Below are positions 25,520 through 37,065 of a DNA stretch of 64,000 nt, piece after piece. Both the position numbers and the translations under genes were made by a program. Position 1 is the stretch's first letter; the number at the start of each line of letters is the position of its first letter. Where the stretch lies: positions 125,443,993-125,507,992 of the forward strand of contig NC_068985.1 in NCBI RefSeq assembly GCF_001194135.2, read 5' to 3'. Under the pieces are notes generated by a model. That model did not search any database. It saw nothing but the letters and a program-made list of their open reading frames with translations, and had not been told where the DNA came from. Source of the DNA: Octopus bimaculoides. Lineage: Eukaryota.

Positions 25520-26671
25520 NNNNNNNNNNNNNNNNNNNNNNNNNNNNNNNNNNNNNNNNNNNNNNNNNNNNNNNNNNNNNNNNNNNNNNNNNNNNNNNNN
25601 NNNNNNNNNNNNNNNNNNNNNNNNNNNNNNNNNNNNNNNNNNNNNNNNNNNNNNNNNNNNNNNNNNNNNNNNNNNNNNNNNNNNNNNNNNNNNNNNNNNN
25701 NNNNNNNNNNNNNNNNNNNNNNNNNNNNNNNNNNNNNNNNNNNNNNNNNNNNNNNNNNNNNNNNNNNNNNNNNNNNNNNNNNNNNNNNNNNNNNNNNNNN
25801 NNNNNNNNNNNNNNNNNNNNNNNNNNNNNNNNNNNNNNNNNNNNNNNNNNNNNNNNNNNNNNNNNNNNNNNNNNNNNNNNNNNNNNNNNNNNNNNNNNNN
25901 NNNNNNNNNNNNNNNNNNNNNNNNNNNNNNNNNNNNNNNNNNNNNNNNNNNNNNNNNNNNNNNNNNNNNNNNNNNNNNNNNNNNNNNNNNNNNNNNNNNN
26001 NNNNNNNNNNNNNNNNNNNNNNNNNNNNNNNNNNNNNNNNNNNNNNNNNNNNNNNNNNNNNNNNNNNNNNNNNNNNNNNNNNNNNNNNNNNNNNNNNNNN
26101 NNNNNNNNNNNNNNNNNNNNNNNNNNNNNNNNNNNNNNNNNNNNNNNNNNNNNNNNNNNNNNNNNNNNNNNNNNNNNNNNNNNNNNNNNNNNNNNNNNNN
26201 NNNNNNNNNNNNNNNNNNNNNNNNNNNNNNNNNNNNNNNNNNNNNNNNNNNNNNNNNNNNNNNNNNNNNNNNNNNNNNNNNNNNNNNNNNNNNNNNNNNN
26301 NNNNNNNNNNNNNNNNNNNNNNNNNNNNNNNNNNNNNNNNNNNNNNNNNNNNNNNNNNNNNNNNNNNNNNNNNNNNNNNNNNNNNNNNNNNNNNNNNNNN
26401 NNNNNNNNNNNNNNNNNNNNNNNNNNNNNGTGGTGGTGTTGGTAGTAGTACTGACTGTGATGGCAGTAGTGTAGGTGGTTGTAGCGACGGTGGTGGTGAT
26501 AAGAGTGCTGCTAGTGACCGTTGTGGAAGCGGCGGAGGTGGTGGTCGTGGCGGTGAAGGCTGATATTTGCAGTGCCTGGTGACGGTGGAAGCAGGTGTAC
26601 TGCTGGTAGTCGTTGTGGTGACAGCGGGGTGGGGTAGAGTAGAAGCAGTAATACTGGTGGTGGTGGTGGGT

Positions 26672-26860
26672 AGCAGTGCGAGTGGTCAGAATTGTTAGCC
26701 CGCCGGGTGAAATGCTTAACTGCATGTCGTCTGTCTTTATGTTCTGAGTTCAAATTCCGCCGAGGTCGACTTTGCCTTTCATCATTTCGAAGGCGATACA
26801 TTAAGCACCAGTGAAGTCCCCCCCACCCCACCACAAATTTCAGGCCTTGTGCCTTTAGTA
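26672..26860 (+). mobile_element. SINE family A
   Basis: gttctgagttcaaattccgccgaggtcgactttgcctttcatc. Confidence 0.85.
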
Positions 26861-27188
26861 GTAGTGTTGATGGAATATTTCACCGTATTGTACAGATGAT
26901 ATGTTGCTCACGACAGTGTTGGAGAGAATAAAGTGTGAAAATTTGAGTCGAACCCAAAAATCAAGGTCTGTCTTGTGACCTTTGACTTATGATTGATCTC
27001 TGTGTTACTCCAATTTTCATAACAGTTTATCTTGCGCAGAGAGACCATAGTGGGTAGTAATATTGAAGGTGAGACCTGGTAAACGTAAAGAGAAGAATGA
27101 TGGTATCAGAATCACAGAACTAGAAAGTTCTAACGATCCATGAGCACACTCTGCAGATCATATCGACTTTTTTGTCTTCCGTCGCTAA

Positions 27189-27242
<54 letters not shown>

Positions 27243-27247
<5 letters not shown>

Positions 27248-27455
27248 TTTTTATCATTTTAAACCATTAATCCCGACATGTTTTCTCGTTTTGTTTTTTC
27301 TTTCTCTGGACTTTGTTTCCTTTTCTGACAAAGAGCTATACTCGAAACGTCAAAAACCCTTTCTTTTTACCGAGCGTTAGACTAATACATTCCATGTGCA
27401 CGTCTTCTCGTTGTTTTGTTACTGTTATTTTTAATATTAGTTTATTCACTTTGAT
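27243..27455 (+). mobile_element. Penelope-type terminal repeat with a hammerhead motif (copy 2)
   Basis: Aligns end to end with 18883-19091. Confidence 0.65.
27321..27355 (+). ncRNA. Minimal hammerhead motif with G8A core mutation (probably inactive)
   Basis: TTTT-CTGACAA-A-GAG(CTATA)CTC-GAAA-CGTC-AAAA. Confidence 0.45.
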
Positions 27456-27588
27456 TACACACACAGGCACATGCACACACACATGCACACGCACACATAC
27501 ATACATGCATACATACATACATACATACATACATACATACATACATACATACATACATACATACATACATTCATACATTCGTACATAC

Positions 27589-28092
27589 AACTGTGCACAG
27601 ATGTGGAAATTAGCTGCCCAGCGGATGTTAAAATAAAGCTGAAGATCATAGAAAAAGCGAACACCTATGCTGAACTATTGAGAAATTTGGTGTTACTCTA
27701 TTCAGATTACAAGTTCAGGTTAATATCAGTAATCATTGGGGCCCTGGGACATGTAACACACTGCCTAAATACCAATCTTGATAAATTAGGCTTCTCAGAA
27801 CAAGAAAGGAGAAAGCTGATTCGAAGACTACAGATCCAATCCATCACTGGAACTGTAAAAATCTGTAAAACCTTCCAGAAGTTTATCATTTAGATATATA
27901 TGAGCACGTCAAGATATGCACGAGAATACATACATAAATAATACAAACCTGCACATACATGCATACATACAAACAAAAATACTCTGTTGTTGATGTTGAA
28001 ATTCCAATGAAGGCGCCTTGGATCTAGGTTACAAACCGGTTCTTCCTCTATTGGCAAGAAATGGCAAATGTCTTGAAATAAACTGAATAATG
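27589..28092 (+). mobile_element. 5'-truncated RLE-type non-LTR retrotransposon (R4/Dong-like), CATA-associated family
   Basis: Open frame LCTDVEISCPADVKIKLKIIEKANTYAELLRNL...VIIGALG...LGF...LQIQSITGTVKICKTFQKFII* is the C-terminal part of a restriction-like endonuclease domain. The 3' UTR has an internal (CATA)n and ends AAAACTGAATAATG before (AC)n. Confidence 0.9.
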
Positions 28093-28379
28093 ACACACAC
28101 ACACACACACACGCACGCACGTACACACACACGTACACGCACATGATATGGTATGATATGAGCGACAGAACAATTACAAGAAAAATGAGTCAATTTTTTC
28201 GACCAAAGCCTTCAATGCCGTCTTCCACTGCGGCCGTCGTTCAATGATTGAAACAAGTAAAAGATCAGAAAAGTTCTTTTGCTTGACTCGTTTTCACCGT
28301 TTATCGTGATTTGTACATCTTACACTTAGAGTAAAACTTCTCTCCTTTCTGTGATTCCTTTATCTAAAATAGACAGATT

Positions 28380-28935
28380 TTGTCAGCAAGATCGGAGTAG
28401 ACATTTTGCAATGCTTGTGACACGATATGTACGTTGCATTAGAACTCTCCATTGAAGGTCTAGTCGCGGTGGGAGGGTGAATTCTTTGTGCGCAGTACCA
28501 CATTTCCGGGTATGACGCTAGTGGCAGGTCTTCCAGATCGCCGATTGTCTTCCAGATCGCCGATTGTCTTCCAGGGCCGTTCTTCCGCTTTTGAAGAGAC
28601 CGTGTCACTCGAAACATTGCGTACGATCCATTGCTTTGTTGCCGTAAGCTTACCGAGGCATGCTCAATGCCTCTGTAGCAGACTTCCTAAGTTTAACGCA
28701 AAATTTCACGTTGGCTTTTTGTTCCAACTTCCTGTCCATGACAAAATCGCAGATTACAGCATACACGTGATCACAAAAACACAAATTTCGCTATTTCCAA
28801 ATTAAACACTGCAATGTCACTCGGAACACTGTCTCATGAAGGTCACTGCTAGCTCTCAATGCGCACGTAACCGTGTGGTGGTATCTGTTGCCGCGCTACC
28901 GAACAAGTCCGGGAACTTTTTGATACAACCTCGTA
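28380..28935 (-). pseudogene. Internally deleted mariner (Tc1/mariner) transposon with left TIR and transposase remnant
   Basis: The minus strand starts TA+CGAGGTTGTATCAAAAAGTTCCCGGACT, a mariner-type TIR (about 28906-28935). ATG at 28739 gives MDRKLEQKANVKFCVKLRKSATEALSM..AYGNKAMDRTQCFE*..FKSGRTALEDNRRSGR/PATSV (mariner HTH), then jumps to HKEF...TFNGEF*CNV of the catalytic domain. Stops and frameshifts are present, and no right TIR was seen. Confidence 0.9.
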
Positions 28936-31198
28936 AGTATTGACTATGTTTGGGAAATAGCTCTTCACATCTATCCGTTAAGTGTGGCTCTTCTATGACA
29001 TTAAAATATTTGGTACGGCTATTTTGTTAAGAACTTTCCTCGTATTACGAAATGTTATGATACTCGAAACTGCTATATGTAAGGAATTTTCTGTCATCGC
29101 CTTACATTGTTGAAAGAGGTTTAGTTACAATAAGTAACGAACAATAAAAAGTGACTTTGCTAAACAGAGCAGCTTTTAATGGGAAGTTTTCATAATATTT
29201 TCTCATATTCATGAATTTCACATAATAGAACATATGTTTTGATGATTAGCACAATTTTGTAAAACTATCGGCAACACGAGAAATTTAAGAAGAAAGAAAT
29301 CGTTAGTTTGAAATCTAAGACATAAAATAGTTGATTATTTAACTGCCGTATGTTTAAATTGAACACGTTTTGGGAGTTTTTAGACGTAAATGTTCTTAAT
29401 AGTGAAATGCTAATTGAAAAACGAAAAGAATTGCTCTTTCGGTGATGCAATTCCACAATACAAACATGGGTTGAAGATTAAAATAACAAGAGGGGGAGAG
29501 AAAGAGCGAGAGAGAGGGGCGGAGAGGTCCAGAGAGAGGGAAGAGAGAGGGAGAAGAGGGAGGGAGAAGAGAGAGGGAGAAAGAGCTACGTTGAGCATAC
29601 AACATCTGTAATTCCATTACATAACCAGACGAAATATTTCTTTAACTGTGCTCTGTACCTATGTGTCTGCAAACGTATTTCTGAAACGATCTGCTTTCGT
29701 GTCACTGACTTCTTTCACGTATTACACAATGTTTGAGAGATGTCGTTGAATAGGGCTGGACTGTGTATTGAACGTCCATTTTAGTGAGTATAAAAGCAGA
29801 ATAAAATGAATAATACAAAATAGGCGTCTTATATTTTTATCAAAAGAGATTGTTTCGTATCACTGCGACGTTACTAAACGATTCTGGACGTCCTAGCTTC
29901 AATAATTTCGGAAATACCAGAGTAAGTCTTTCAAACAGCCAAGCAAACAAACAAACTGGATTAACAATGAAGACACCAAACGTCTTCGTGGTTGAATACA
30001 GCGGATGGAAAAAAGAGGTACAACAGAGTTACTGTTGATATTTATTTAGCTTCAGGTCAACCACGATCGTACAGGCTTATTGTAAAAGGCATTCCAGCCG
30101 TGTCTGTCTCATATTTTTAAGGGTATGCAGAGGTTCACTATCAAGACGGTAGCGGCACCTTGGGGGGGGGGGCGTTGTGAGCCGACAAAGGAGCAGTAAA
30201 TTTCAGAAAGGTGCTAGGTGTTTAGAGTGAATCGTGATCTTTGTTAGAATTAAAAGTATTTAAATCAAGCACNNNNNNNNNNCTTATTTAAACACATTTA
30301 AATACATTTTCAATAATTTTTTGTTGCGATTAAAATATGAATGGTAGATGGGTTTTTTCAGTCAGTAGAAACATGGCTGCTGCTGCTGCTGATGATGATG
30401 ATGATGTTGCTGATGACGATGATGATGATGCAATAAGATTCAATATAATTTTGTATATAAATCATCGCCCTCCTTCAAGTTCCATATAAATTTAACATAG
30501 TCTGCGTAAATATCTAAAAGCAGGCACATACTGGAAGAGATAATATAAGAAATGTATAATAAACCGCTGAGCAAAAATAGGTTCTATCTGCTTAAAAATA
30601 CTGCTCTTTTCTTTCTTTGTTTCTTTCTTTCCTTTTTTCTTTCTTTCTTTCTTTCTTTCTACTTTAGCAAAACATGTAAAGGAGGAGTTTATAAAACGCA
30701 ATTCGGTAAAATGGTGGTGCTGAATTATATAAGAAGTTTGATAACTACAAATCTAATATGTTCACTAAACATATATATACAATATATATATGATAGTAGG
30801 TGTAATTTGGAGGACATTTGACAGCTGTTTTAGAAAGGTGAGTGACTAAGTTGAGGCTTTCTCTATGGTGGTCATTCGATTCGTTCGTCTGTCGCATCCA
30901 CTGGCATGAAGTAGTCGCGGCCCTATACTCCTAACGGAGTAATGTGAACTAACACCTTTCCTCATAACGTGTGTTCTTGTACCTGCCAGAATCGTTGGCA
31001 TGTCAGACAAACTGCATTGCAATGCTTTTTCTGTTTTTTTTTAATTTCGTGCACAAAAAAAAACCGCGAGCTCATCTTTTCCTGTTACCTTTCCGGAGTC
31101 GGTAAATAAAATACCAGGTACACACAGGGATCAATTTCATTGATTCACCTGTCTCTCAGGTGAACATCTAGCATTGTACTTAAATTACAAATTGCAAA

Positions 31199-31430
31199 GG
31201 CGGTGGAGTGGTCGAATCTTTAGAGCAGCGTAGAAAAAGGCTTTGTGGTATTTGTTGTCGCTATTGACGTTCTGAGTTCAAATACTGCCGAGGTTCTCTT
31301 GACTTTTTTCATCCTCTCGGAGTTAATAAAAGAAATTACCGCTGAAGTGCAGATGGTAATTTTGTTAATAGAATAATAACGCTTTGCCTCCACCAAAATT
31401 GCTGGCCTTGTGCCTTAATTAGAAATTATC
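31199..31430 (+). mobile_element. SINE family A (diverged)
   Basis: ggcggtggagtgg.cgaatc head, gttctgagttcaaat, tgctggccttgtgcc 3' block. Confidence 0.75.
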
Positions 31431-31606
31431 ATTAAAACCACGAGTAGTAACATCAAAAACAACAATCTCATCGTCCGTCATCATCTTCATCATCATCTAC
31501 TCCACCACGAATGCAACTATTGATAGCTAATGCCATCGTATTCGGCTAGAAACAACGATCGCTTCCACGAAAATGCATGACGTCTTTTTACCACGATGCC
31601 AAACAC

Positions 31607-31648
<42 letters not shown>

Positions 31649-32195
31649 GTCGTTATTCTATGACTTAACCTCAGTTTAATTACTGCCAAGACCATCATCA
31701 AAGCGATGACGTTTAGTGGCACGATTGCAATCCTAGCAGCCGATATGACACGATAAGAGACGCTCACACTCACTCACATCGCACAACATATACACTCGGA
31801 CACAGACTTAAACACAATGATATACGCATGCAACGCGCGCGCGCGCACGCACACACACAGAACGAGCACCACACACATACAAACACATAACACAGAACGG
31901 GCACCACATACACAAACACATAACATATACGCACACATACGCATAACGCACACGTTCGGGCCTACCACTGTCATACAGGTGCATAAACACAAGGAAAGAC
32001 TGAGACACTCGAACATATATATACACAAAAGACCTACTCATCCACATCTACATATGATAACACTGAAGAATTGATGCCTATGCATACACACGCACACAAA
32101 TGCACACACACAGATGCATATATGAATTCACAAACACATGCATATATACATTGATACATACGCGCGCGTACACACATACACACATAGATATACAA

Positions 32196-32355
32196 ACATG
32201 GCTGTGTGGTTAAGATGCTCACTTTTCAAAGACGTGGTTTCGGCTTCAGTCCCATTGTGAGGCATCTTGGGTCGGTGTCCTCTACTATAGCCCCGAATGT
32301 ACCAATTTTTTCTAAATTTTGGTAGACGAAAACTGTGTGGAAGCCAGTCGTGTAT

Positions 32356-32427
<72 letters not shown>

Positions 32428-32995
32428 GTAACATGTGGTATAATTATAAACAGGGCAAATTTTAGCCATTTCTCCGCAGACTGAGAAAATGATGAACGTC
32501 CTTAATCAATTTTCGAACTTCATTGGCTTCTCATCGGAGGCGTCCACATCATTTTGACAAGCTCTAGAGAAACAAGCAGCCAAACTGTTTATATACTCAA
32601 TAAATGCACCAGTTACTCTATGAAGGAGCCCCTAATTTGATATTATGTGTGTGCTCAAGTGCGTGTGTGTTTATGTTTTTATGTATGTACGAATGTCTGT
32701 ATGTATATATGCATGTATGTGTGTGTGTATGTGTAAATGTATGTATGTTTTTTTTCTGTACGCGTGTGTATGTATTTTGCGTTTGTGCTTGTCCACTACC
32801 ATCACCTGACAACCGGTGATAGTTTGTTTACGTTTCTATAACTTAGCGGTTCATCTAGAAAGATGTCGATAGAATAAGTACCAGACTTCAAAAAAATAAG
32901 TACTGGAGCCGATCAGCTCCACTAAACCCTTCAATGCGGTGCCCCAGCATGGACACAGTCCACTCATTGAAAGAATAAGGAAATAAAAGATAGAA
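32196..32995 (+). mobile_element. SINE family C/B expanded by internal microsatellites and extra sequence
   Basis: Head at 32196-32355 and tail at about 32780-32995, with (CA)n(TA)n and TG-rich DNA between them. Confidence 0.7.
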
Positions 32996-33171
32996 GATAA
33001 GCATATTTTTATTGATAGTTACAACCCGCCGACCTGTTTAACATTATTGTCCGATCCTTAGGTACTTTCAGAGAAGTTAAACTCTGCTGCAAATAAGGGG
33101 AACGAGCCCCTATTCCACCATGCTTCCCATGCTACGTATATTTTCTCTGCAGACAACCTAATCAATCTTAC

Positions 33172-33203
33172 CAGACGGAGATGACCTTCGTTGCTACACG
33201 AGA
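33172..33203 (-). other. Candidate 32-nt exon
   Basis: Minus strand cctgttatattttcag|TCTCGT...CCGTCTG|gtaaga, 59 nt downstream of the preceding candidate donor. Confidence 0.25.
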
Positions 33204-33262
33204 CTGAAAATATAACAGGGGAGCCCTGGGAAGTGTTTACACATCTTTTATAAATGACTTAC

Positions 33263-33323
33263 GTCTGTGGAATGGGCTCGTGCTAAGATGCAAATATGAT
33301 GATAATATAATGAGCCAAATATG
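33263..33323 (-). other. Candidate 61-nt exon
   Basis: Minus strand ttgttatattaacag|CATATT...CACAGAC|gtaagt, with two open frames. Confidence 0.25.
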
Positions 33324-33348
33324 CTGTTAATATAACAAGCCAGTTTAA

Positions 33349-33562
33349 GGCGGTGAGCTGGCGGAATTGTTAGCACACTGGGCGAAATGTTTAGCAGTAT
33401 TTCGTCCGTTTTTACATTCTAGATTCAAGTTCCGCTGAGGTCGACTTTACCTTTCATCTTTTCGGGGCCGATAAAAGTAAGCACCAGTCGAGCACTGGGG
33501 TCGATGTAATTGACTAACCCCCCCACCCGGAAATTGCTGGTCTTGTGCTAAAATTTGAAACC
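33349..33562 (+). mobile_element. SINE family A, full length
   Basis: ggcggtgagctggcggaattgttagcac...gaggtcgactttacctttcatc...ctggggtcgatgtaattgact...ttgaaacc. Confidence 0.9.
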
Positions 33563-33581
33563 CTTATAACTAGGGAGTAGT

Positions 33582-33898
33582 TATTCATTTACTTGTTTCA
33601 GTCATTTGACTGCGGCCATTTTGGAACACCACCTTTAGTCGAACAAATCGACCCCAGGACTTATTCTTTGTAAATCTAGTACTTATTCTACCGGTTTCTA
33701 TTGCCGAACCGCTAAGTTACGGGGATGTAAACACACCAACATCGGGCTTCTTTCAGTTTTCGTCTACATGATCCACTCACAAGGCTTCAGTCAGCCCGAG
33801 GCCATAGCAGAAGACACTTGCCCAAGGTGACATGCAGTGAGACTGAAACCGGAACCATGTGGTTGGTAAGCAAGCTATTTACCACTTAGCCACTCCAG
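33582..33898 (-). mobile_element. Long tRNA-derived SINE (family C/B), internal microsatellite deleted
   Basis: Minus strand head GGAGTGGCT.AGTGGTAA..AGCTTGCTTACCAACCACATGGTTCCGG...ACCTTGGGCAAGTGTCTTCT, then the 3' part CCCCGTAACTTAGCGGTTCGGCAA...CTGGGGTCGATTTGTTCGACTAA...GGCCGCAGTCAAATGACTGAAACAAGTAAA. Confidence 0.9.
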
Positions 33899-33987
33899 GA
33901 TGGTCACACCAAGGGTAACTAATCGTCAATCTGATCAGTGAGCGCTGATCTTGGAGCAAGCGTCAACAATAAAAGCTACTTATATAA

Positions 33988-34224
33988 TTATATCTGTACT
34001 AATCCAGGAAAGCGGATTAACAGAATTGTCAGAATAAAGGGCTGGCAGCCATGCGGTATTTTTCCGGCTCTTTGTGAGCTGCATTGAAATATCGCCATGA
34101 CAAAGTCGGGTGGTAAACTTAAACTGTCGGCCGGCTTAACACCGCCAGCTGACATCTTGATTGCCTTTGAGACAAGATCCATTCTGTTGCGGGCTTTCGG
34201 ATCAAGTCCCCTGTTTTCAGATAC
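33988..34224 (-). CDS. Candidate terminal coding exon of an unidentified minus-strand gene (VSENRGLDPKARNRMDLVSK...PFILTILLIRFPGLVQI*)
   Basis: Strong minus-strand acceptor (tttatgttttcgtcctcgcgtattttcag|G). It is followed by a 78-codon open frame in non-repetitive, GC/CpG-richer sequence with a hydrophobic C-terminus. No homology recognised. Confidence 0.3.
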   Translation of the reverse strand, partial: VSENRGLDPKARNRMDLVSKAIKMSAGGVKPADSLSLPPDFVMAIFQCSSQRAGKIPHGCQPFILTILLIRFPGLVQI

Positions 34225-34921
34225 CTGAAAATACGCGAGGACGAAAACATAAATGACACATATGAAACAATTTCAGATGCTCTGAAAAGAATTATAGTAA
34301 GTACTTTCATCGCCTGATAAAAGAACAATAAAACATGTACGGCAAGTTTTTCAAACACTCTAAGTATGAACATGTATTTTCTAAAGCTTTTCATTGTATT
34401 TTTGAAAACCTGTAGCGAGACTAAATACCTCTTGCAATGCATCGCTTAGGAACCGCTCTACTATATCTATTGAAGTAAAGATTATTGAGCTAATGATGTA
34501 TTCTCTTAAGTTTCTAGTGCTCACCACAATAAATATGTTAAGGCTAACTTAACTGTTGTTTTGTCAAGCGGATAGCGTCTCTGAGCACTTAACCTCAGTG
34601 TTTTTCTTTTCTTAAAGATAAACTATCAGTAGATATCGTATTACAAGAGTTCTACTTTGGTGACAAAATAACTGCTATGTATAACCTTGACAACATTATT
34701 AATTTTCAGAAGACAAACGCAGACGCAGACAACATAAAGTGAGAGAGATAGACTGATAAATATATGGATAGCCAGAAAGACAAATAGACAGACGGATAGA
34801 TAAATAGACAGATAGATAGACAGACGGACAGACAGACAAACAGAGACATAGACATAGATGGATATGGAAATAGGCAGGCATTATATATATAGGTATATGT
34901 ATGAATATATATATATGTATG

Positions 34922-34954
<33 letters not shown>

Positions 34955-35779
34955 ATAGNNNNNNNNNNNNNNNNNNNNNNNNNNNNNNNNNNNNNNNNNN
35001 NNNNNNNNNNNNNNNNNNNNNNNNNNNNNNNNNNNNNNNNNNNNNNNNNNNNNNNNNNNNNNNNNNNNNNNNNNNNNNNNNNNNNNNNNNNNNNNNNNNN
35101 NNNNNNNNNNNNNNNNNNNNNNNNNNNNNNNNNNNNNNNNNNNNNNNNNNNNNNNNNNNNNNNNNNNNNNNNNNNNNNNNNNNNNNNNNNNNNNNNNNNN
35201 NNNNNNNNNNNNNNNNNNNNNNNNNNNNNNNNNNNNNNNNNNNNNNNNNNNNNNNNNNNNNNNNNNNNNNNNNNNNNNNNNNNNNNNNNNNNNNNNNNNN
35301 NNNNNNNNNNNNNNNNNNNNNNNNNNNNNNNNNNNNNNNNNNNNNNNNNNNNNNNNNNNNNNNNNNNNNNNNNNNNNNNNNNNNNNNNNNNNNNNNNNNN
35401 NNNNNNNNNNNNNNNNNNNNNNNNNNNNNNNNNNNNNNNNNNNNNNNNNNNNNNNNNNNNNNNNNNNNNNNNNNNNNNNNNNNNNNNNNNNNNNNNNNNN
35501 NNNNNNNNNNNNNNNNNNNNNNNNNNNNNNNNNNNNNNNNNNNNNNNNNNNNNNNNNNNNNNNNNNNNNNNNNNNNNNNNNNNNNNNNNNNNNNNNNNNN
35601 NNNNNNNNNNNNNNNNNNNNNNNNNNNNNNNNNNNNNNNNNNNNNNNNNNNNNNNNNNNNNNNNNNNNNNNNNNNNNNNNNNNNNNNNNNNNNNNNNNNN
35701 NNNNNNNNNNNNNNNNNNNNNNNNNNNNNNNNNNNNNNNNNNNNNNNNNNNNNNNNNNNNNNNNNNNNNNNATAGGCAT

Positions 35780-35871
<92 letters not shown>

Positions 35872-36922
35872 ATAGATAAATAGATAGATAGATATTAGAC
35901 AAACGGACACACAGATCATGACGTAGATTGAGCTAAATGAAAACAGAAAGAAGATTGAGATACTTTCAGTTGCATTTATATTTGTCAATTTGCTTTGACT
36001 AAAATCTGTAGCGAAAAATACGTAAAACTTTGCCCTGCATCAGCATCAAATTTTATATTCGAGTTGCATGTGCCGTTTGTCGTCTGAATTCCAGTGAGAG
36101 ATGAGGTGAGGGGTGGTGCGCTTTGGTAATATTAAATGGTCTATCATTTAGGAAATGTTGCAGCGAACAGACGACGAGGTTCGCACATGCCTGCGTGCAT
36201 ATTTATAGGCAGACAGTCATGTATACATCGAGAGGACGAGCGAGCGAGCGAGAATGAAAGAGAGAGAGAGAGAGAGAGAGAGAAAGAAAGAGAAAGGGGA
36301 GAGGAAAAGAGAGAGAGAGAGAGAGAGAAAGAAAGAAAGAGAAAGGGAAGAGAGAGAGAGAGAGAGAGANNNNNNNNNNNNNNNNNNNNNNNNNNNNNNN
36401 NNNNNNNNNNNNNNNNNNNNNNNNNNNNNNNNNNNNNNNNNNNNNNNNNNNNNNNNNNNNNNNNNNNNNNNAAGAGAGAGAGAGAGAGAGAGAAAGAAAG
36501 AAAGAGAAAGGGAAGAGAGAGAGAGAGAGAGAGAGAGAGGCGGGGAAGGAATGTGTGTGCAGCCGTGAACGTTTATGCGTAGACATGAGAGTATGTGCGG
36601 ATGAGTGGCGGAGCGGTTGACTTGAATGTGTGGATAACTTAGCTTCGCAACCATGTGATAGGGGTTAGATCCTAACTACTCAGAATCTTGGACATGTTTC
36701 TTCTACCATGGGCTTGGTTCGGCTAATATCGACTCTATCAGTTTCACGTTTCCAAACTGCGAACAAAATTTAAAGAATGAAATCGAATAACATTAAAAGT
36801 ATTTTTATAATGAAAAGTGAAAAGTAGTATTTGATTAGAGGTACGTGTAAATATAAAACCAATTAAATGAGAACAAATCATTAGATATAAAATAACTAAA
36901 TAATGACATAATACAATTATAT

Positions 36923-37065
36923 TGATTTCAAATTTTGGTACAAGGCCAGTTGCTTCGTGTGAAGGCTTTAGGCGATTAGATCGAGCCCAATGCTCAACTG
37001 ACAATTTATTAACTCCGACTGAGCTTTCGTCGCAAGTAATGGCTGAAGTCCTTTGAGTCAAATTC
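36923..37065 (-). mobile_element. SINE family A, 3' half
   Basis: gatttcaaattttggtacaaggccag is the reverse complement of the family A 3' end. Confidence 0.7.

Noticed and set aside
25190-26660. Gly/Val/Thr-rich ORFs around the 25.5-26.4-kb gap
   Set aside because: Degenerate (GGT/AGT)n trinucleotide repeats plus N-run, with no splice or homology support.
33163-33195. Faint resemblance to the U1 snRNA 5' end (atcttaccagacggagatgacc)
   Set aside because: Only the donor-complementary CTTACC and a few bases match, with no downstream U1 stems or Sm site.
29789-34302. Plus-strand TATAAAAG (29789) and donors at 29922, about 30837 and about 34297 as possible 5' UTR exons of the Rost-like gene
   Set aside because: Such motifs occur by chance at this density in AT-rich DNA, and nothing in the sequence links them.
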